From an uncultured Candidatus Saccharibacteria bacterium (lineage in GTDB: Bacteria; Patescibacteriota; Minisyncoccia; UBA9983): a DNA stretch of 64,000 nt. The stretch spans positions 74,287-138,286 of the forward strand of contig CAYJQX010000002.1 in the NCBI GenBank assembly GCA_964372755.1, read 5' to 3'. The first letter of the stretch is position 1. Every line of letters starts with the position of its first letter. Below the pieces are notes generated by a model, which saw only the letters and a program-made list of their open reading frames with translations, was not told the DNA's origin and did no database searches. The position numbers were made by a program, and so were the translations under genes. Positions 18,981 to 28,034 of this stretch are shown here, piece by piece.

Positions 18981-19310
18981 TTACGGCGCGTGGTCATATA
19001 GTCCGCGCGCGCTCTTCTCCTTCGCCTCAAATACCTTGAGAAGGCGAAGGGCTTCGCGGTCATCTACTCTCCGGAATCTCCGTCCGGAAAGCTCTCTTCT
19101 TTTCCGAAGGAAGTTTTTTATCTTCTCTTCCGTTTCGGAAAAAAGAAAACCCGCTGTTTCAAACTCTTCCTGAGCAAGGATGTTGAGACATCCCGCCCAG
19201 CGAACCCATACCCTAGGGGTGGCCGGGTTATTTATGAGATCAGAAAAATAATCCCCCAGCTGATTTTTCAACGCTAAATAAGCCATCTCCCACCTCCTTA
19301 CATACATCAC
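18981..19310 (-). CDS. hypothetical protein (GC-rich)
   Basis: 109-aa ORF with no motif. Its composition is atypical for the backbone. Confidence 0.3.
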   Translation of the reverse strand: MMYVRRWEMAYLALKNQLGDYFSDLINNPATPRVWVRWAGCLNILAQEEFETAGFLFSETEEKIKNFLRKRRELSGRRFRRVDDREALRLLKVFEAKEKSARGLYDHAP

Positions 19311-19393
19311 CTTAAAAATTTGATAAACGAAAGGAGCAGATATCTGTCCTCTATTATATCACAAAAGAAAACAAAGTCAAAAATAACTTGAAA

Positions 19394-20122
19394 TCAGACT
19401 ACTTTAGGGTTAGAAAAAGCAATCTGTCCCCTCGGGGAGACAACCAACCGTCTTTTGGCCCTTGTTTCTATATCGGCAACAATTCTTACTCTCAAATCGG
19501 AAAAAAGAAAATCCAGAAAAAATGCCCTTCCTTCCACAACCACTGCTCGCGAACCAAGCTCGTTTCTTTTTAGCCTTTCAATTTCATTTTTTATAAACCT
19601 CAAAACAATTCCTTGTGAGGTTTTCGCCACATTGGGCACTTCCTTGTTTACTGCCTCTGTCCTTAACTCTCTGGCAAAAGTTTTTGCTATTTCTTGATCT
19701 CTGTAAAGACAAACAATTTCTTTGTCGACAACGAAATAACTTAATTCGGAAATTATCTCTTCCACATTTTCACCCGATAATTTCCGAAAAGTAAGAAATC
19801 TGAAAATTTCCCCCGCGGAAAAAACTACCCCGCCTAATTTTTCCGCCAAAACTCTGGCTGTCGAGCTTTTCCCGACGCCAGAGAGGCCTTCAACCGAAAT
19901 TACCTCCGGCCTAATATTTATTCCGTTTATTCTTTTTTTAATTTCATCGACTACATTTTCCACTCCGTCAATCCGGCCTCCGTCAATTTCTATAAAATTT
20001 AAAGGTTTAAAAAAAATAAACCCTTCTTGTAAAAGTCGGGTTCTTACTTCTTGATCCATAGCCAAATCTTTCCTGTCGCGTTCCAAAATTTCTTCTTTTA
20101 TTTTTTCTATCTCTTGAGACAC
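19394..20122 (-). CDS. cytidylate kinase-like P-loop kinase
   Basis: P-loop GLSGVGKSS and VVVEGRAFFLDFLFSDLRVRIVADIETRAKRR, resembling the Cmk VVDGRDIGT...KIFLTAS..RA.RR signature. The true start is probably internal to the track ORF. Confidence 0.5.
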   Translation of the reverse strand: MSQEIEKIKEEILERDRKDLAMDQEVRTRLLQEGFIFFKPLNFIEIDGGRIDGVENVVDEIKKRINGINIRPEVISVEGLSGVGKSSTARVLAEKLGGVVFSAGEIFRFLTFRKLSGENVEEIISELSYFVVDKEIVCLYRDQEIAKTFARELRTEAVNKEVPNVAKTSQGIVLRFIKNEIERLKRNELGSRAVVVEGRAFFLDFLFSDLRVRIVADIETRAKRRLVVSPRGQIAFSNPKVV

Positions 20123-20197
20123 TAAAGATAATTGTACTATATTTCTTTGCCGAAAGAAAACCGGCAGAAGTGAATTATCCTTCTGCCGGCAAAAATT

Positions 20198-20557
20198 TCA
20201 TTTTTTTGATTCTCCGCAATAAGCGTCAAAGCGAGAACTTCCTTTCATGGGAATTCCAAGCCCAGTGCGAAAAACAGGCAACGGACGAGGATCCTTTTTC
20301 TGATTCAAGCGACCCTGAAGATATCGGTGGGACCTCTCCCTCAAAGCCTTCACCCGCTCATTCCAAAGTTTTTGGGGGATTTTTTTCTTTATCACACTTA
20401 AGCCATGCCGACTAATACCAAAAAATTTGCAGATTTCTGCATTAGTCATCAGTTTCCCTTCCATTCTGCCTTTTTGTTCTTTACAGAGGAGAAATTCTTG
20501 GATTTCTTCAGTTACGTATTCAATGATACGGGAACAAAATTCTTTGTTCTCTTCCAT
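20198..20557 (-). CDS. hypothetical protein with HTH-like segment
   Basis: MTNAEICKFFGISRHGLSVIKKK resembles a helix-turn-helix. Confidence 0.3.
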   Translation of the reverse strand: MEENKEFCSRIIEYVTEEIQEFLLCKEQKGRMEGKLMTNAEICKFFGISRHGLSVIKKKIPQKLWNERVKALRERSHRYLQGRLNQKKDPRPLPVFRTGLGIPMKGSSRFDAYCGESKK

Positions 20558-20625
20558 TTTTATACGCCTTTCTTTGTCTGGTTAAAAAATGAAAGAACGA
20601 TGGCCTGACAAGAAAAATAACATTT

Positions 20626-21051
20626 CTAATCTTCATTTACAAGATCTCTTTTATTTTGAACTAGCCAAGAAAATATAAAAATATTTGTAGCCGTCATGAG
20701 AGAGATAAGGCAATACAGGCATAATTCTTTTATCACAAAAATTTGAAGATACAAAAAATACAAAGAGGTTAAAAAACCGGCCAAAGTCAAAATAAACACG
20801 GCTTTCTCCAGTATTTGCCGCTTAAAAAAAATAAAGACGCAAAAAACCAAAACGATAAAATAAAAAAGAAGACCCAGCAGAGCCACCGGCACGCCAAAAA
20901 AAACAGCATACTGGCTGTTTAAAACAACATCACAGCCCTCCAAAACAGAACAGACAACATTTTGATTTTCAAAATGTTTGTAAGTCAGATACAGAGAATC
21001 TGTTAGTCCGGCCAAAACAAAGCAAATCCGCAAAATTTGATATTTTACCAT
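20626..21051 (-). CDS. vitamin K epoxide reductase (VKOR) family membrane protein
   Basis: 4-5 TM segments with a Cys pair in the first loop (CSVLEGC) and a CLYC CXXC motif at a TM start. Confidence 0.5.
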   Translation of the reverse strand: MVKYQILRICFVLAGLTDSLYLTYKHFENQNVVCSVLEGCDVVLNSQYAVFFGVPVALLGLLFYFIVLVFCVFIFFKRQILEKAVFILTLAGFLTSLYFLYLQIFVIKELCLYCLISLMTATNIFIFSWLVQNKRDLVNED

Positions 21052-21074
21052 TATTTATTTTTTCTCTCACAAAA

Positions 21075-21287
21075 TTACTGAATGCCCTTTTCTGGCTCTT
21101 CAATGGGCACGGAGTGTTCATGGTCTGGGCCTCCTGTATGATCTAAGTCAAAAGCGCCCATATGATTTCCGTCTTCACAATGGCAAAGAGAAAGCTCTTC
21201 TCCCCTCCTACCACATGTCTCATTCCCGCAAACTTTCAAAGAATCGGACTCTCCCTTACAGCCCCCTGTGCATATGTAGTGTTCCAT
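21075..21287 (-). CDS. small Cys/His-rich putative metal-binding protein
   Basis: 70 aa containing 8 Cys and a His-rich tail (CTGGCKGESDSLKVCGNETCG...CHCEDGNH...HTGGPDHEH). Confidence 0.3.
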   Translation of the reverse strand: MEHYICTGGCKGESDSLKVCGNETCGRRGEELSLCHCEDGNHMGAFDLDHTGGPDHEHSVPIEEPEKGIQ

Positions 21288-21333
21288 AAATCTTATTTAA
21301 AAATATTTATCCTGCTAATAAGCCAACCTTTTG

Positions 21334-22992
21334 TTAATTTTTTGCATTTTTGTCCAAAAATTCAAGGTTTTCCATGATGGTGCGACTATCTACTTTTTTA
21401 TGCGGATTAAAAATGTTTTCCGGATCAAAAATTTTTTTCGTTCCCGCAAAAATATTATACATTTTTTCTCCGAACATTTCCTTAAGAAAAGGCGTGCGAA
21501 TAAGCCCGTCATTGTGTTCAGCCGACATAGAGCCTCCGAAGGAAAAAACCAAATTCGTGACTTCTCCCATCAGTTTAGAAATAATATCTTTCGCGTTTGA
21601 GTCGCTCGTTCTCATTAAGGGGATAATGTGGAAATTGCCGTCTCCCACATGGCCAGCTACTGTGTAGGTAAGTTCTTGTTTTTCCAGAATCCCGTAAAGT
21701 TTTGGCAAAAATTCCCCGAGTTTATCCGGAGAAATAATAATATCGTCTATAAAAGGAGCCGTTCTCAACCCTTTGATATGCTTTCTCAAAAGGTTAAAAC
21801 TCTCTCGTCTCATCGCCCAATATTTGCTGGCTTCCCACGCGCTTTTAGTTGTTTTAGACTCTAAGTTTAGATCCGCGAGTTTTTCTCTGGCTTCTTCGGC
21901 CAATTGGTAGGCTTCTTCTCCTGTCTTAGCCGTAAATTCAGCCATTAAAACCATCTCCGGCAACCCGCCCTTTATAGCCATCCAAAATTCAGGCAGAAAC
22001 TTAAGCCCTAAGGTAAAAAGGTTTCCTGACATGTGCTTAATAAGTTCTGGTACAAACCTCAACGCCACCGAAAAAGTATGCTTATCATAGGATTCAAAAC
22101 TTTCGGGGGTTTTTGAAAGCACTCTGGAGGTCACTTCCGGCAAAATTTTCAAATCATTTAAAAAAATAACCAGCATTCTTGAATGATTTTCCGGATTAAC
22201 GAGGCGGAATTTTATCTCCGTGATAATTCCCAGAGTCCCCTGTGAACCAACAATCAATTTAGCTAAATTAAAAGTTTTCTTTTCTTTGTTGGAAACATTC
22301 CAAAGATAATAACCGGACGAGTTTTTAGAAACTCTCGGCTTTTTTTCTTGGATAAAATCTTTATTTTCATCTATCAAGGAATAAATCTCGCGATAAATTT
22401 GCCCTTCAAGAGTATTCAGCGATTTTTTTCTTTCTAATTCAGGCAGACTCAAAGAACTGAAGGTGTATTCTTCTCCATCCATACAAATCATCTTCACGGC
22501 CAAAAGATAATCTTCCGTCTTGCCATAGCGGAGAGTTTTTTCTCCGCCCGAATTATTAGCCACCATTCCTCCGACCGTGCAAATTTCCCTTGAAGCAGGA
22601 TAACTTGGAAGGAAAAGGTTCTTCTTGCGGGTTTCTTTGTCAAAATCACGGTAAAAAACACCCGGTTGAACAATCGCGTAATCGTTCCCCACTTCTTTTA
22701 TTTTGTTCATATACTTCGTCATATCGACAACCAGAGAGTCGGTAAGAGGGCCTCCGGTCATATCTGTACCTCCGGAACGAGCTGTTAAGGAAAAGTTCCC
22801 GCCTTCCTTGTTGGCTTTTTTGACGTTTAAGACAAGGGTTTTGATATCTTCACTATCTTTTGGCGCAAAAATTCCTTTTGGAAGAACAAAAAATAAACTT
22901 GCGTCTCTAGCGTATTTTTCTAAATCTTTTTCTGTAAAATAAAAATCTCCCCGAAAAGACTCTCTTAAAATATTGAGGAATTTCTCTTCCAT
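21334..22992 (-). CDS. FAD-linked oxidase (GlcD/D-lactate dehydrogenase family)
   Basis: FAD_binding_4 PCMH domain followed by the FAD-oxidase C-terminal domain. 552 aa. Confidence 0.7.
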   Translation of the reverse strand: MEEKFLNILRESFRGDFYFTEKDLEKYARDASLFFVLPKGIFAPKDSEDIKTLVLNVKKANKEGGNFSLTARSGGTDMTGGPLTDSLVVDMTKYMNKIKEVGNDYAIVQPGVFYRDFDKETRKKNLFLPSYPASREICTVGGMVANNSGGEKTLRYGKTEDYLLAVKMICMDGEEYTFSSLSLPELERKKSLNTLEGQIYREIYSLIDENKDFIQEKKPRVSKNSSGYYLWNVSNKEKKTFNLAKLIVGSQGTLGIITEIKFRLVNPENHSRMLVIFLNDLKILPEVTSRVLSKTPESFESYDKHTFSVALRFVPELIKHMSGNLFTLGLKFLPEFWMAIKGGLPEMVLMAEFTAKTGEEAYQLAEEAREKLADLNLESKTTKSAWEASKYWAMRRESFNLLRKHIKGLRTAPFIDDIIISPDKLGEFLPKLYGILEKQELTYTVAGHVGDGNFHIIPLMRTSDSNAKDIISKLMGEVTNLVFSFGGSMSAEHNDGLIRTPFLKEMFGEKMYNIFAGTKKIFDPENIFNPHKKVDSRTIMENLEFLDKNAKN

Positions 22993-23069
22993 GTCTTCTT
23001 AATTATATCAGAAAAACCTAAAACAGCCCCAAACGGGCTGTTTTAGGTTGAAAAAATTGAAAAAACAAA

Positions 23070-23288
23070 TTACATTTTTTTCATCCCGGAATCACAGTCC
23101 TTGCAACGTCCTTTGTGGGTAGCAAGGTCGTAAAGAGCAGAAACACCGACAAGAATATAAATGGTTTTTGCCGCCATGCCTGTCATACCATCAGGCAGGT
23201 AGCTTCCAATTTCCATTCCTAGAAGGCCAAAAGCCAACCAATTCAATCCTCCAATTATAAGAAGAATGGAAGTAATTTTATGCATCAT
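23070..23288 (-). CDS. DUF378 family small membrane protein
   Basis: LLIIGGLNWLAFGL...YILVGVSALY pattern. Confidence 0.5.
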   Translation of the reverse strand: MMHKITSILLIIGGLNWLAFGLLGMEIGSYLPDGMTGMAAKTIYILVGVSALYDLATHKGRCKDCDSGMKKM

Positions 23289-23384
23289 TTTTTTATAAAA
23301 ACAAAATTTAAAAATTGTTAAAGAGTCGACCTTCTCACTTCTTTATTATACATCTGAAGAAATCCAAAAAGAAAAGTTTATGTT

Positions 23385-23417
23385 AATAAAAAAACCGTCC
23401 GGATTTTGTCCGGACGG
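23385..23417 (-). terminator. rho-independent terminator
   Basis: 9-bp stem ccgtccgga/tccggacgg followed by an 8-T run on the minus strand. Confidence 0.5.
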
Positions 23418-23426
23418 GAAGTTGTC

Positions 23427-24317
23427 TCATATCTCTTTCACTCCACGAAAATCAAGGGTGGCGATTCTCTCCCCCGTTCCCCCAATCCTTTCGGAAAAGA
23501 TTTTGTCTTCCGGAATCATGTGATTGTCAAAAACATATTCGGCGTCTTTCTGGTCATATGGAACCGAAGGGGAAAAAGGCATCTGGGTTACCGTAAGTTG
23601 TCCCAAAAGACCTCCGGACAAAAAAGACCCGAGCCCTTTTCTGCCTCCCTCATAACGGATGTTTTTTTCTTTCCCTAGAGATTGGATAAATGCTTGCGTG
23701 TCCAAAATTTCCTCTCCAAAAGAGTAAACCTCTGCCCGTCCGAATCTTCCGTTCGGAAACTTCTCCTTTTTCGTTTTTTCATTGGTTACGACAAAAACGG
23801 GAGATTTACCCGTGTAAAAAATCAAAGCGTTGGGATTTAGCTCTCCTGAGTTAGTCATGAAATAAACGCCAGGATATTCTTCTTTTCCAAGAGATTTTCT
23901 CAAAGAAGACATTTCTTCTCTTATTTCATTAAACTCTTTCATTTGAGGATAACCAAAAACAGTCTGGAAGCCCCAGCCAGTGGTATTTGGCTCAGCGTTT
24001 ACGGTGCCGGCCGTGAGGATAATAAAATCGGCAAAAACCCTACCGAGCGAGAGAGTAAAAGCGTCGGCTTTGGAATTTTGGGCGATAACTTCCGGTCCGT
24101 ACCCTTTTACGGAGTAAATACCTTCTTTGCTTATCACGTAACTTGAAGAAACGGCCTCAGGCACAAAAAAATAATCTCCTCCGTATATCTCTTTCAAAAG
24201 CGCCGGCAAAGATACTTGAGAGAATTTTTTTGAACCGTAAACGGGCTCTTTAAGAAGAGTCATTTTCATCTCCGAAATTTGTTTTTGTTGGTCAGGCATT
24301 TTTTCCTCCGCAAACAT
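23427..24317 (-). CDS. RibD C-terminal-domain (dihydrofolate reductase-like) family protein
   Basis: ADFIILTAGTVNAEPNTTG resembles the DAILVGAGTVRADNP motif of the RibD reductase domain. Confidence 0.35.
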   Translation of the reverse strand: MFAEEKMPDQQKQISEMKMTLLKEPVYGSKKFSQVSLPALLKEIYGGDYFFVPEAVSSSYVISKEGIYSVKGYGPEVIAQNSKADAFTLSLGRVFADFIILTAGTVNAEPNTTGWGFQTVFGYPQMKEFNEIREEMSSLRKSLGKEEYPGVYFMTNSGELNPNALIFYTGKSPVFVVTNEKTKKEKFPNGRFGRAEVYSFGEEILDTQAFIQSLGKEKNIRYEGGRKGLGSFLSGGLLGQLTVTQMPFSPSVPYDQKDAEYVFDNHMIPEDKIFSERIGGTGERIATLDFRGVKEI

Positions 24318-24394
24318 TGTGGTTGTTTTTATTATTCATAGAACTCTCCAGAGAAAAAGATTATGTTATAGGATTGTAAGAGTCAAGCCAAGTT

Positions 24395-24592
24395 TTACTC
24401 GCCTTTTGGCACGATTAGGCTGGCAACAATGTAAGCCATAATTCCGCCGACAAAACCGGTAAAAGCGGTGGCCACTATCCAAACAACCCTAACAAGTATC
24501 GGATCTATGCCGAAATATTCTCCCAATCCACCCAAGAGACCAAAAATTTTTTTATTTTTTTGACTTAAAAAGATTTTTTTGTGATGCTCCAT
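24395..24592 (-). CDS. PspC domain protein
   Basis: KKIFGLLGGLGEYFGIDPILVRVVWIVATAFTGFVGGIMAYIVASLIVP. Confidence 0.6.
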   Translation of the reverse strand: MEHHKKIFLSQKNKKIFGLLGGLGEYFGIDPILVRVVWIVATAFTGFVGGIMAYIVASLIVPKGE

Positions 24593-24609
24593 AGTGCCTA
24601 TATTATAGC

Positions 24610-24657
24610 ATAAGAATCAAAAAATTACCTCTTTTGAGGTAATTTTTTGATTCTTAT
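24610..24657. promoter_or_regulatory. perfect 22-bp-arm inverted repeat abutting the pspC -10 (operator or U-less terminator)
   Basis: ataagaatcaaaaaattacctc-tttt-gaggtaattttttgattcttat. On the minus strand TATAAT begins 3 nt after the hairpin and the pspC ATG lies 9 nt past the -10. Confidence 0.4.
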
Positions 24658-24774
24658 TTGCCCGCCTTTTTTGGTTTCTTTTTTTCTTTTCTGCGAGAAT
24701 CATTTCCCTTGGCCATAATACTTATTTAAGTCTTGAGCTTATAATAACTAATATTATACAGGTTCCGGTTATTT

Positions 24775-25341
24775 TTATAAAAGCTCGCCTGTTAATTCTT
24801 TTACACCTGTCTTTTCTTTTGCCGATAAATAAATAATTTTGTGTTCGGCAAATATTTTTTCTATTTGCTCCATTTGTTTCTGGCGTTCACTTTTTTTGAG
24901 CTTATCGATTTTATTAGCCACAATAACTATTTCCTTCTTTGTCTCTTTGAGATTTTCCAAAACTTCCAGGTCTGCCGTGGTTCCTCCCAAAAAAGCGTCT
25001 ATGATTAGAAAAATTTTTTTCTGGTCATATCCTGATTCAAACAAATACCATCTTATAAGTTTACGGGTTTTTTCTCTTTCTTTAAGAGAGGTTTTGGCAT
25101 AACCGTATCCTGGCAAATCGACTAAGTAAAAAGAGTCATTCACCAGATAAAAATTTATCTCCGCCGTCCGCCCAGGATAAGAGCTTGTCTTTGCTAAATT
25201 TTTTTGATTCAGAAGGGTATTAATAAGGCTGGATTTACCGACGTTAGATCTGCCGACAAAAGCCACTTGAGGAATTTTGTTTTCAAAAATCTTATTGGAG
25301 CCAATGATTCCCCGCACAAATTTAGCCGAGGTTATCTTCAT
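24775..25341 (-). CDS. engB: ribosome biogenesis GTPase YsxC/EngB
   Basis: G1 GRSNVGKSSLIN with G3 and G4 motifs. Confidence 0.8.
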   Translation of the reverse strand: MKITSAKFVRGIIGSNKIFENKIPQVAFVGRSNVGKSSLINTLLNQKNLAKTSSYPGRTAEINFYLVNDSFYLVDLPGYGYAKTSLKEREKTRKLIRWYLFESGYDQKKIFLIIDAFLGGTTADLEVLENLKETKKEIVIVANKIDKLKKSERQKQMEQIEKIFAEHKIIYLSAKEKTGVKELTGELL

Positions 25342-25364
25342 TTGATTTTATTTTGTTTTTTAAT

Positions 25365-25697
25365 TTATTCTTTTTTCTTGTCCAACTTATCAAGGCCAAT
25401 TACCTTGACTCCGAAATAAACCACTCCCGCTATGACCATAAAATCTATCAGGGTATTTATGAAATCTCCGTACATAATCTTGGCCGAACCAATTTGAAAA
25501 TAAGCTTCTTTAAGGCCTCCGGCTAATCCCAAAACCACTCCCAAAAGAGGATTAACAATATCGGTAATAACAGCCGTCACCACTTTTGACACAGCTCCAC
25601 CTAAAATAAAACCGACGGCCAAACCCACCACCCCCTGCTCCCTGATAAATTTAAGAAATCCTTGCATATGTTTATATTGAAGCAATTTGTCCCGCAT
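25365..25697 (-). CDS. mscL: large-conductance mechanosensitive channel
   Basis: FKEFIMRGNVVDLAVGVIIG-like N-terminus (FLKFIREQGVVGLAVGFILGGA). Confidence 0.8.
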   Translation of the reverse strand: MRDKLLQYKHMQGFLKFIREQGVVGLAVGFILGGAVSKVVTAVITDIVNPLLGVVLGLAGGLKEAYFQIGSAKIMYGDFINTLIDFMVIAGVVYFGVKVIGLDKLDKKKE

Positions 25698-26574
25698 TTT
25701 CTTTTTTTAATTCTATGGAAAATTGGCAATTCTTTGAGCAAAAAACGCCTTCTTTTTTTGTGCAATTTTCACAAGATAAAAAATGTAAGTGACAAAAATT
25801 ATTAGCGCAATTTACATAGTTTTCCGTTTTTTCTCCGCATAATCTGCACTCTCCGATTATTGTTCTCTCTCCTCCGAAGTTAATAACCACTCTCTGGTCA
25901 AAAGTATAGAGGGTGCCCAAAAAATCTTTGCCCGGATAACTCTCCATATAGCTGTGAATGCCACCATCAAGCTGATAAACCTTTTTAAAGCCTTTATTCA
26001 ATAAATAAGCAGACATTTTTTCACATCTCACTCCGCCGGTGCAAACAGTAAGGATTGTTTTTTCTTTTATTGGTTCAATTTTTGAAACTGCTTTCGGCAG
26101 GTCTCTTGAAGCTTTCATGCCCAAATCTATGGCGTTGGCGAAATGTCCGGAGGCATATTCATAATCATTTCTCATATCCACCACGACAAAATCCTTATTA
26201 TTTTGATACCACGAGCGCAGTTCTTGAGGAGTAATTTTTTCGGCTGTTTTCATCCTCGGATCGGCTTCTTTGCTTGGAATTTGTGTTCCCACTATTTCGT
26301 TGCGAACTTTGACAGAAAGTTTAGGAAAAGTTTTTCCGTCTCCTTTGCTTTTTTTAACTTGAATATCTCTGAATTTCTCTTCAGAGACAAGCCAGAGAAG
26401 AAATTTTTCTATCTCGGATTCTAAACCTTCCAAAGTAACGTTAAAACCTTCTTCGGAAACAATAACGCGTCCTTTTAAATTAAGTTTTTGGCATAGCACG
26501 CGAATATCTCCCGAAATTTTTTCAGGATCGGCGATAGTGATGTATTTATAAAAAAGTATAACCAAGTAATTCAT
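25672..26574 (-). CDS. rhodanese-domain tRNA uridine(34) hydroxylase TrhO (UPF0176/YceA)
   Basis: Rhodanese active-site segment CTGGVRCEK with a Cys-rich C-terminus. Confidence 0.65.
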   Translation of the reverse strand: MNYLVILFYKYITIADPEKISGDIRVLCQKLNLKGRVIVSEEGFNVTLEGLESEIEKFLLWLVSEEKFRDIQVKKSKGDGKTFPKLSVKVRNEIVGTQIPSKEADPRMKTAEKITPQELRSWYQNNKDFVVVDMRNDYEYASGHFANAIDLGMKASRDLPKAVSKIEPIKEKTILTVCTGGVRCEKMSAYLLNKGFKKVYQLDGGIHSYMESYPGKDFLGTLYTFDQRVVINFGGERTIIGECRLCGEKTENYVNCANNFCHLHFLSCENCTKKEGVFCSKNCQFSIELKKENAGQIASI

Positions 26575-26641
26575 CTCTTTATAGGGAGAATAGCACGAAT
26601 TTTTGGATTATTCCAGTTTCAAAATAAATTTTTCTTCCCGA

Positions 26642-27244
26642 TTAAAAGATTATATTTCTTAACTTTTTTCTAAGAAGAAAATATTGAGGGGTTGTTTGGG
26701 AAACCAATTTCCAAAATTCAGGCGAATGATTAAATTCCTTCAAATGACACAATTCATGAACCACTATATAATCCCTGATTTCACTCGGAAGAAAGATAAG
26801 TTTGTAATTAAAATTTAAATTCCTGTTTTTAGAACAGCTCCCCCATCTTGTTTTCTGGTTCCCTACGCTTATGGCCTTATATTCGTAGTGATAAAATTTA
26901 TTGAAATACTCCACTCTCTCCCTAATCAAATCCAAGGCATTTTTCTTTTTTGCCAAAAAATTTTTCCTCGTATATTTGCTTTTGTTTCTATAAGAAAATG
27001 TTTTTACAAGATCAAGTTTTTTTATAATCCACGAGGTTTTTTTGACAAGAAAATCTTCCACTATGCTTTCCTTTATATTTTTCGGGCAACTTACCAAAAG
27101 AAGTTTTCTGGGACGAACCGTAAGTCGTATATTTCTGGCTCTGTCGTTTAAACGCAACAAATATTCTATTTTTTTGCCGCCAATTTGAATTTCCTTCTTT
27201 TTTAATTGGAACATGATATTAAAAATTACTGCTCCAAAAACCAA
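26642..27244 (-). CDS. YgjP-like (DUF45) metal-dependent hydrolase
   Basis: VVHELCHLKEFNHSPEFWKLV HExxH-type motif. Confidence 0.5.
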   Translation of the reverse strand: MVFGAVIFNIMFQLKKKEIQIGGKKIEYLLRLNDRARNIRLTVRPRKLLLVSCPKNIKESIVEDFLVKKTSWIIKKLDLVKTFSYRNKSKYTRKNFLAKKKNALDLIRERVEYFNKFYHYEYKAISVGNQKTRWGSCSKNRNLNFNYKLIFLPSEIRDYIVVHELCHLKEFNHSPEFWKLVSQTTPQYFLLRKKLRNIIF

Positions 27245-28034
27245 AATTTTTTCCGACTTTTCTATATCTTCCGATTTTTGTTCGATGGATAGAAAACGCC
27301 AATCCGCAAGATTTTAATTTTTCGGCAATCATTGGAGCAAGAGAACGTATATAAGTGCCTGTGCCAACGACTACTCCAAATTTCAGAATTTGAAACTCGG
27401 CTCTTTCTTTAAGAAAAAAAGTTTGCCAGTTTTTAATCACTTCATCTTTTCTAAAATCATTCTCCGGTCTTGATTTTTTAGCAGATATTTTTAAAAGATT
27501 GATTTTATCAATAATTCTTCTTTCTAATTGGCTTGCATCCAAAAAATAAGATTCCAAAAAAGTTATTTTTTTTATCTTTATGGAAGTATAGGGAATATCT
27601 TCTTTTTTCATGCTTTTTTGAAGCGCGTGCCAAAATAAAGGCTTGCCTTTAAAAACTTTTGATGAGAAAACAGGATATGGTATCCGGTGTTTTCCAAGAA
27701 AAGATTGACCCGCCTCATGAGCCTCCTCTATGCTTGTATCTTTTTTGGAATCGGCAGAACAATTACAAACCAGACCAAGCACATCTCCTGTGTCGCTTTT
27801 TACTCCTAAGAGAATTTCAAATTCATATTCTTTATCCAGATTGTCATATTTCTTTCTTTTCTTGCACTCTTCTCCGGACAAGATCAAAAGCTTGCCGGAA
27901 GCCATTGGATCTAGACGTCCGGCATAAGTAAGTGGCAAATCTTTATACTCAATATTGTTTGATTTAAAAGTTAGAAGAGCCTGCAGGGGCGTTTCTCCCA
28001 CTAATTTTTCTATCACAAAAAACTTTCGTCTCAT
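27219..28034 (-). CDS. tRNA pseudouridine synthase TruB-like (with insertion)
   Basis: Catalytic AGRLDPMASGKLLIL and a later GTGTYIRSLAPMIAEKL motif. Confidence 0.5.
   Translation of the reverse strand: MRRKFFVIEKLVGETPLQALLTFKSNNIEYKDLPLTYAGRLDPMASGKLLILSGEECKKRKKYDNLDKEYEFEILLGVKSDTGDVLGLVCNCSADSKKDTSIEEAHEAGQSFLGKHRIPYPVFSSKVFKGKPLFWHALQKSMKKEDIPYTSIKIKKITFLESYFLDASQLERRIIDKINLLKISAKKSRPENDFRKDEVIKNWQTFFLKERAEFQILKFGVVVGTGTYIRSLAPMIAEKLKSCGLAFSIHRTKIGRYRKVGKNFGFWSSNF

Noticed and set aside
27219-27244. Possible frameshift joining the YgjP-like and TruB-like ORFs
   Set aside because: The two proteins belong to unrelated families. The 26-nt overlap is an ordinary gene overlap.
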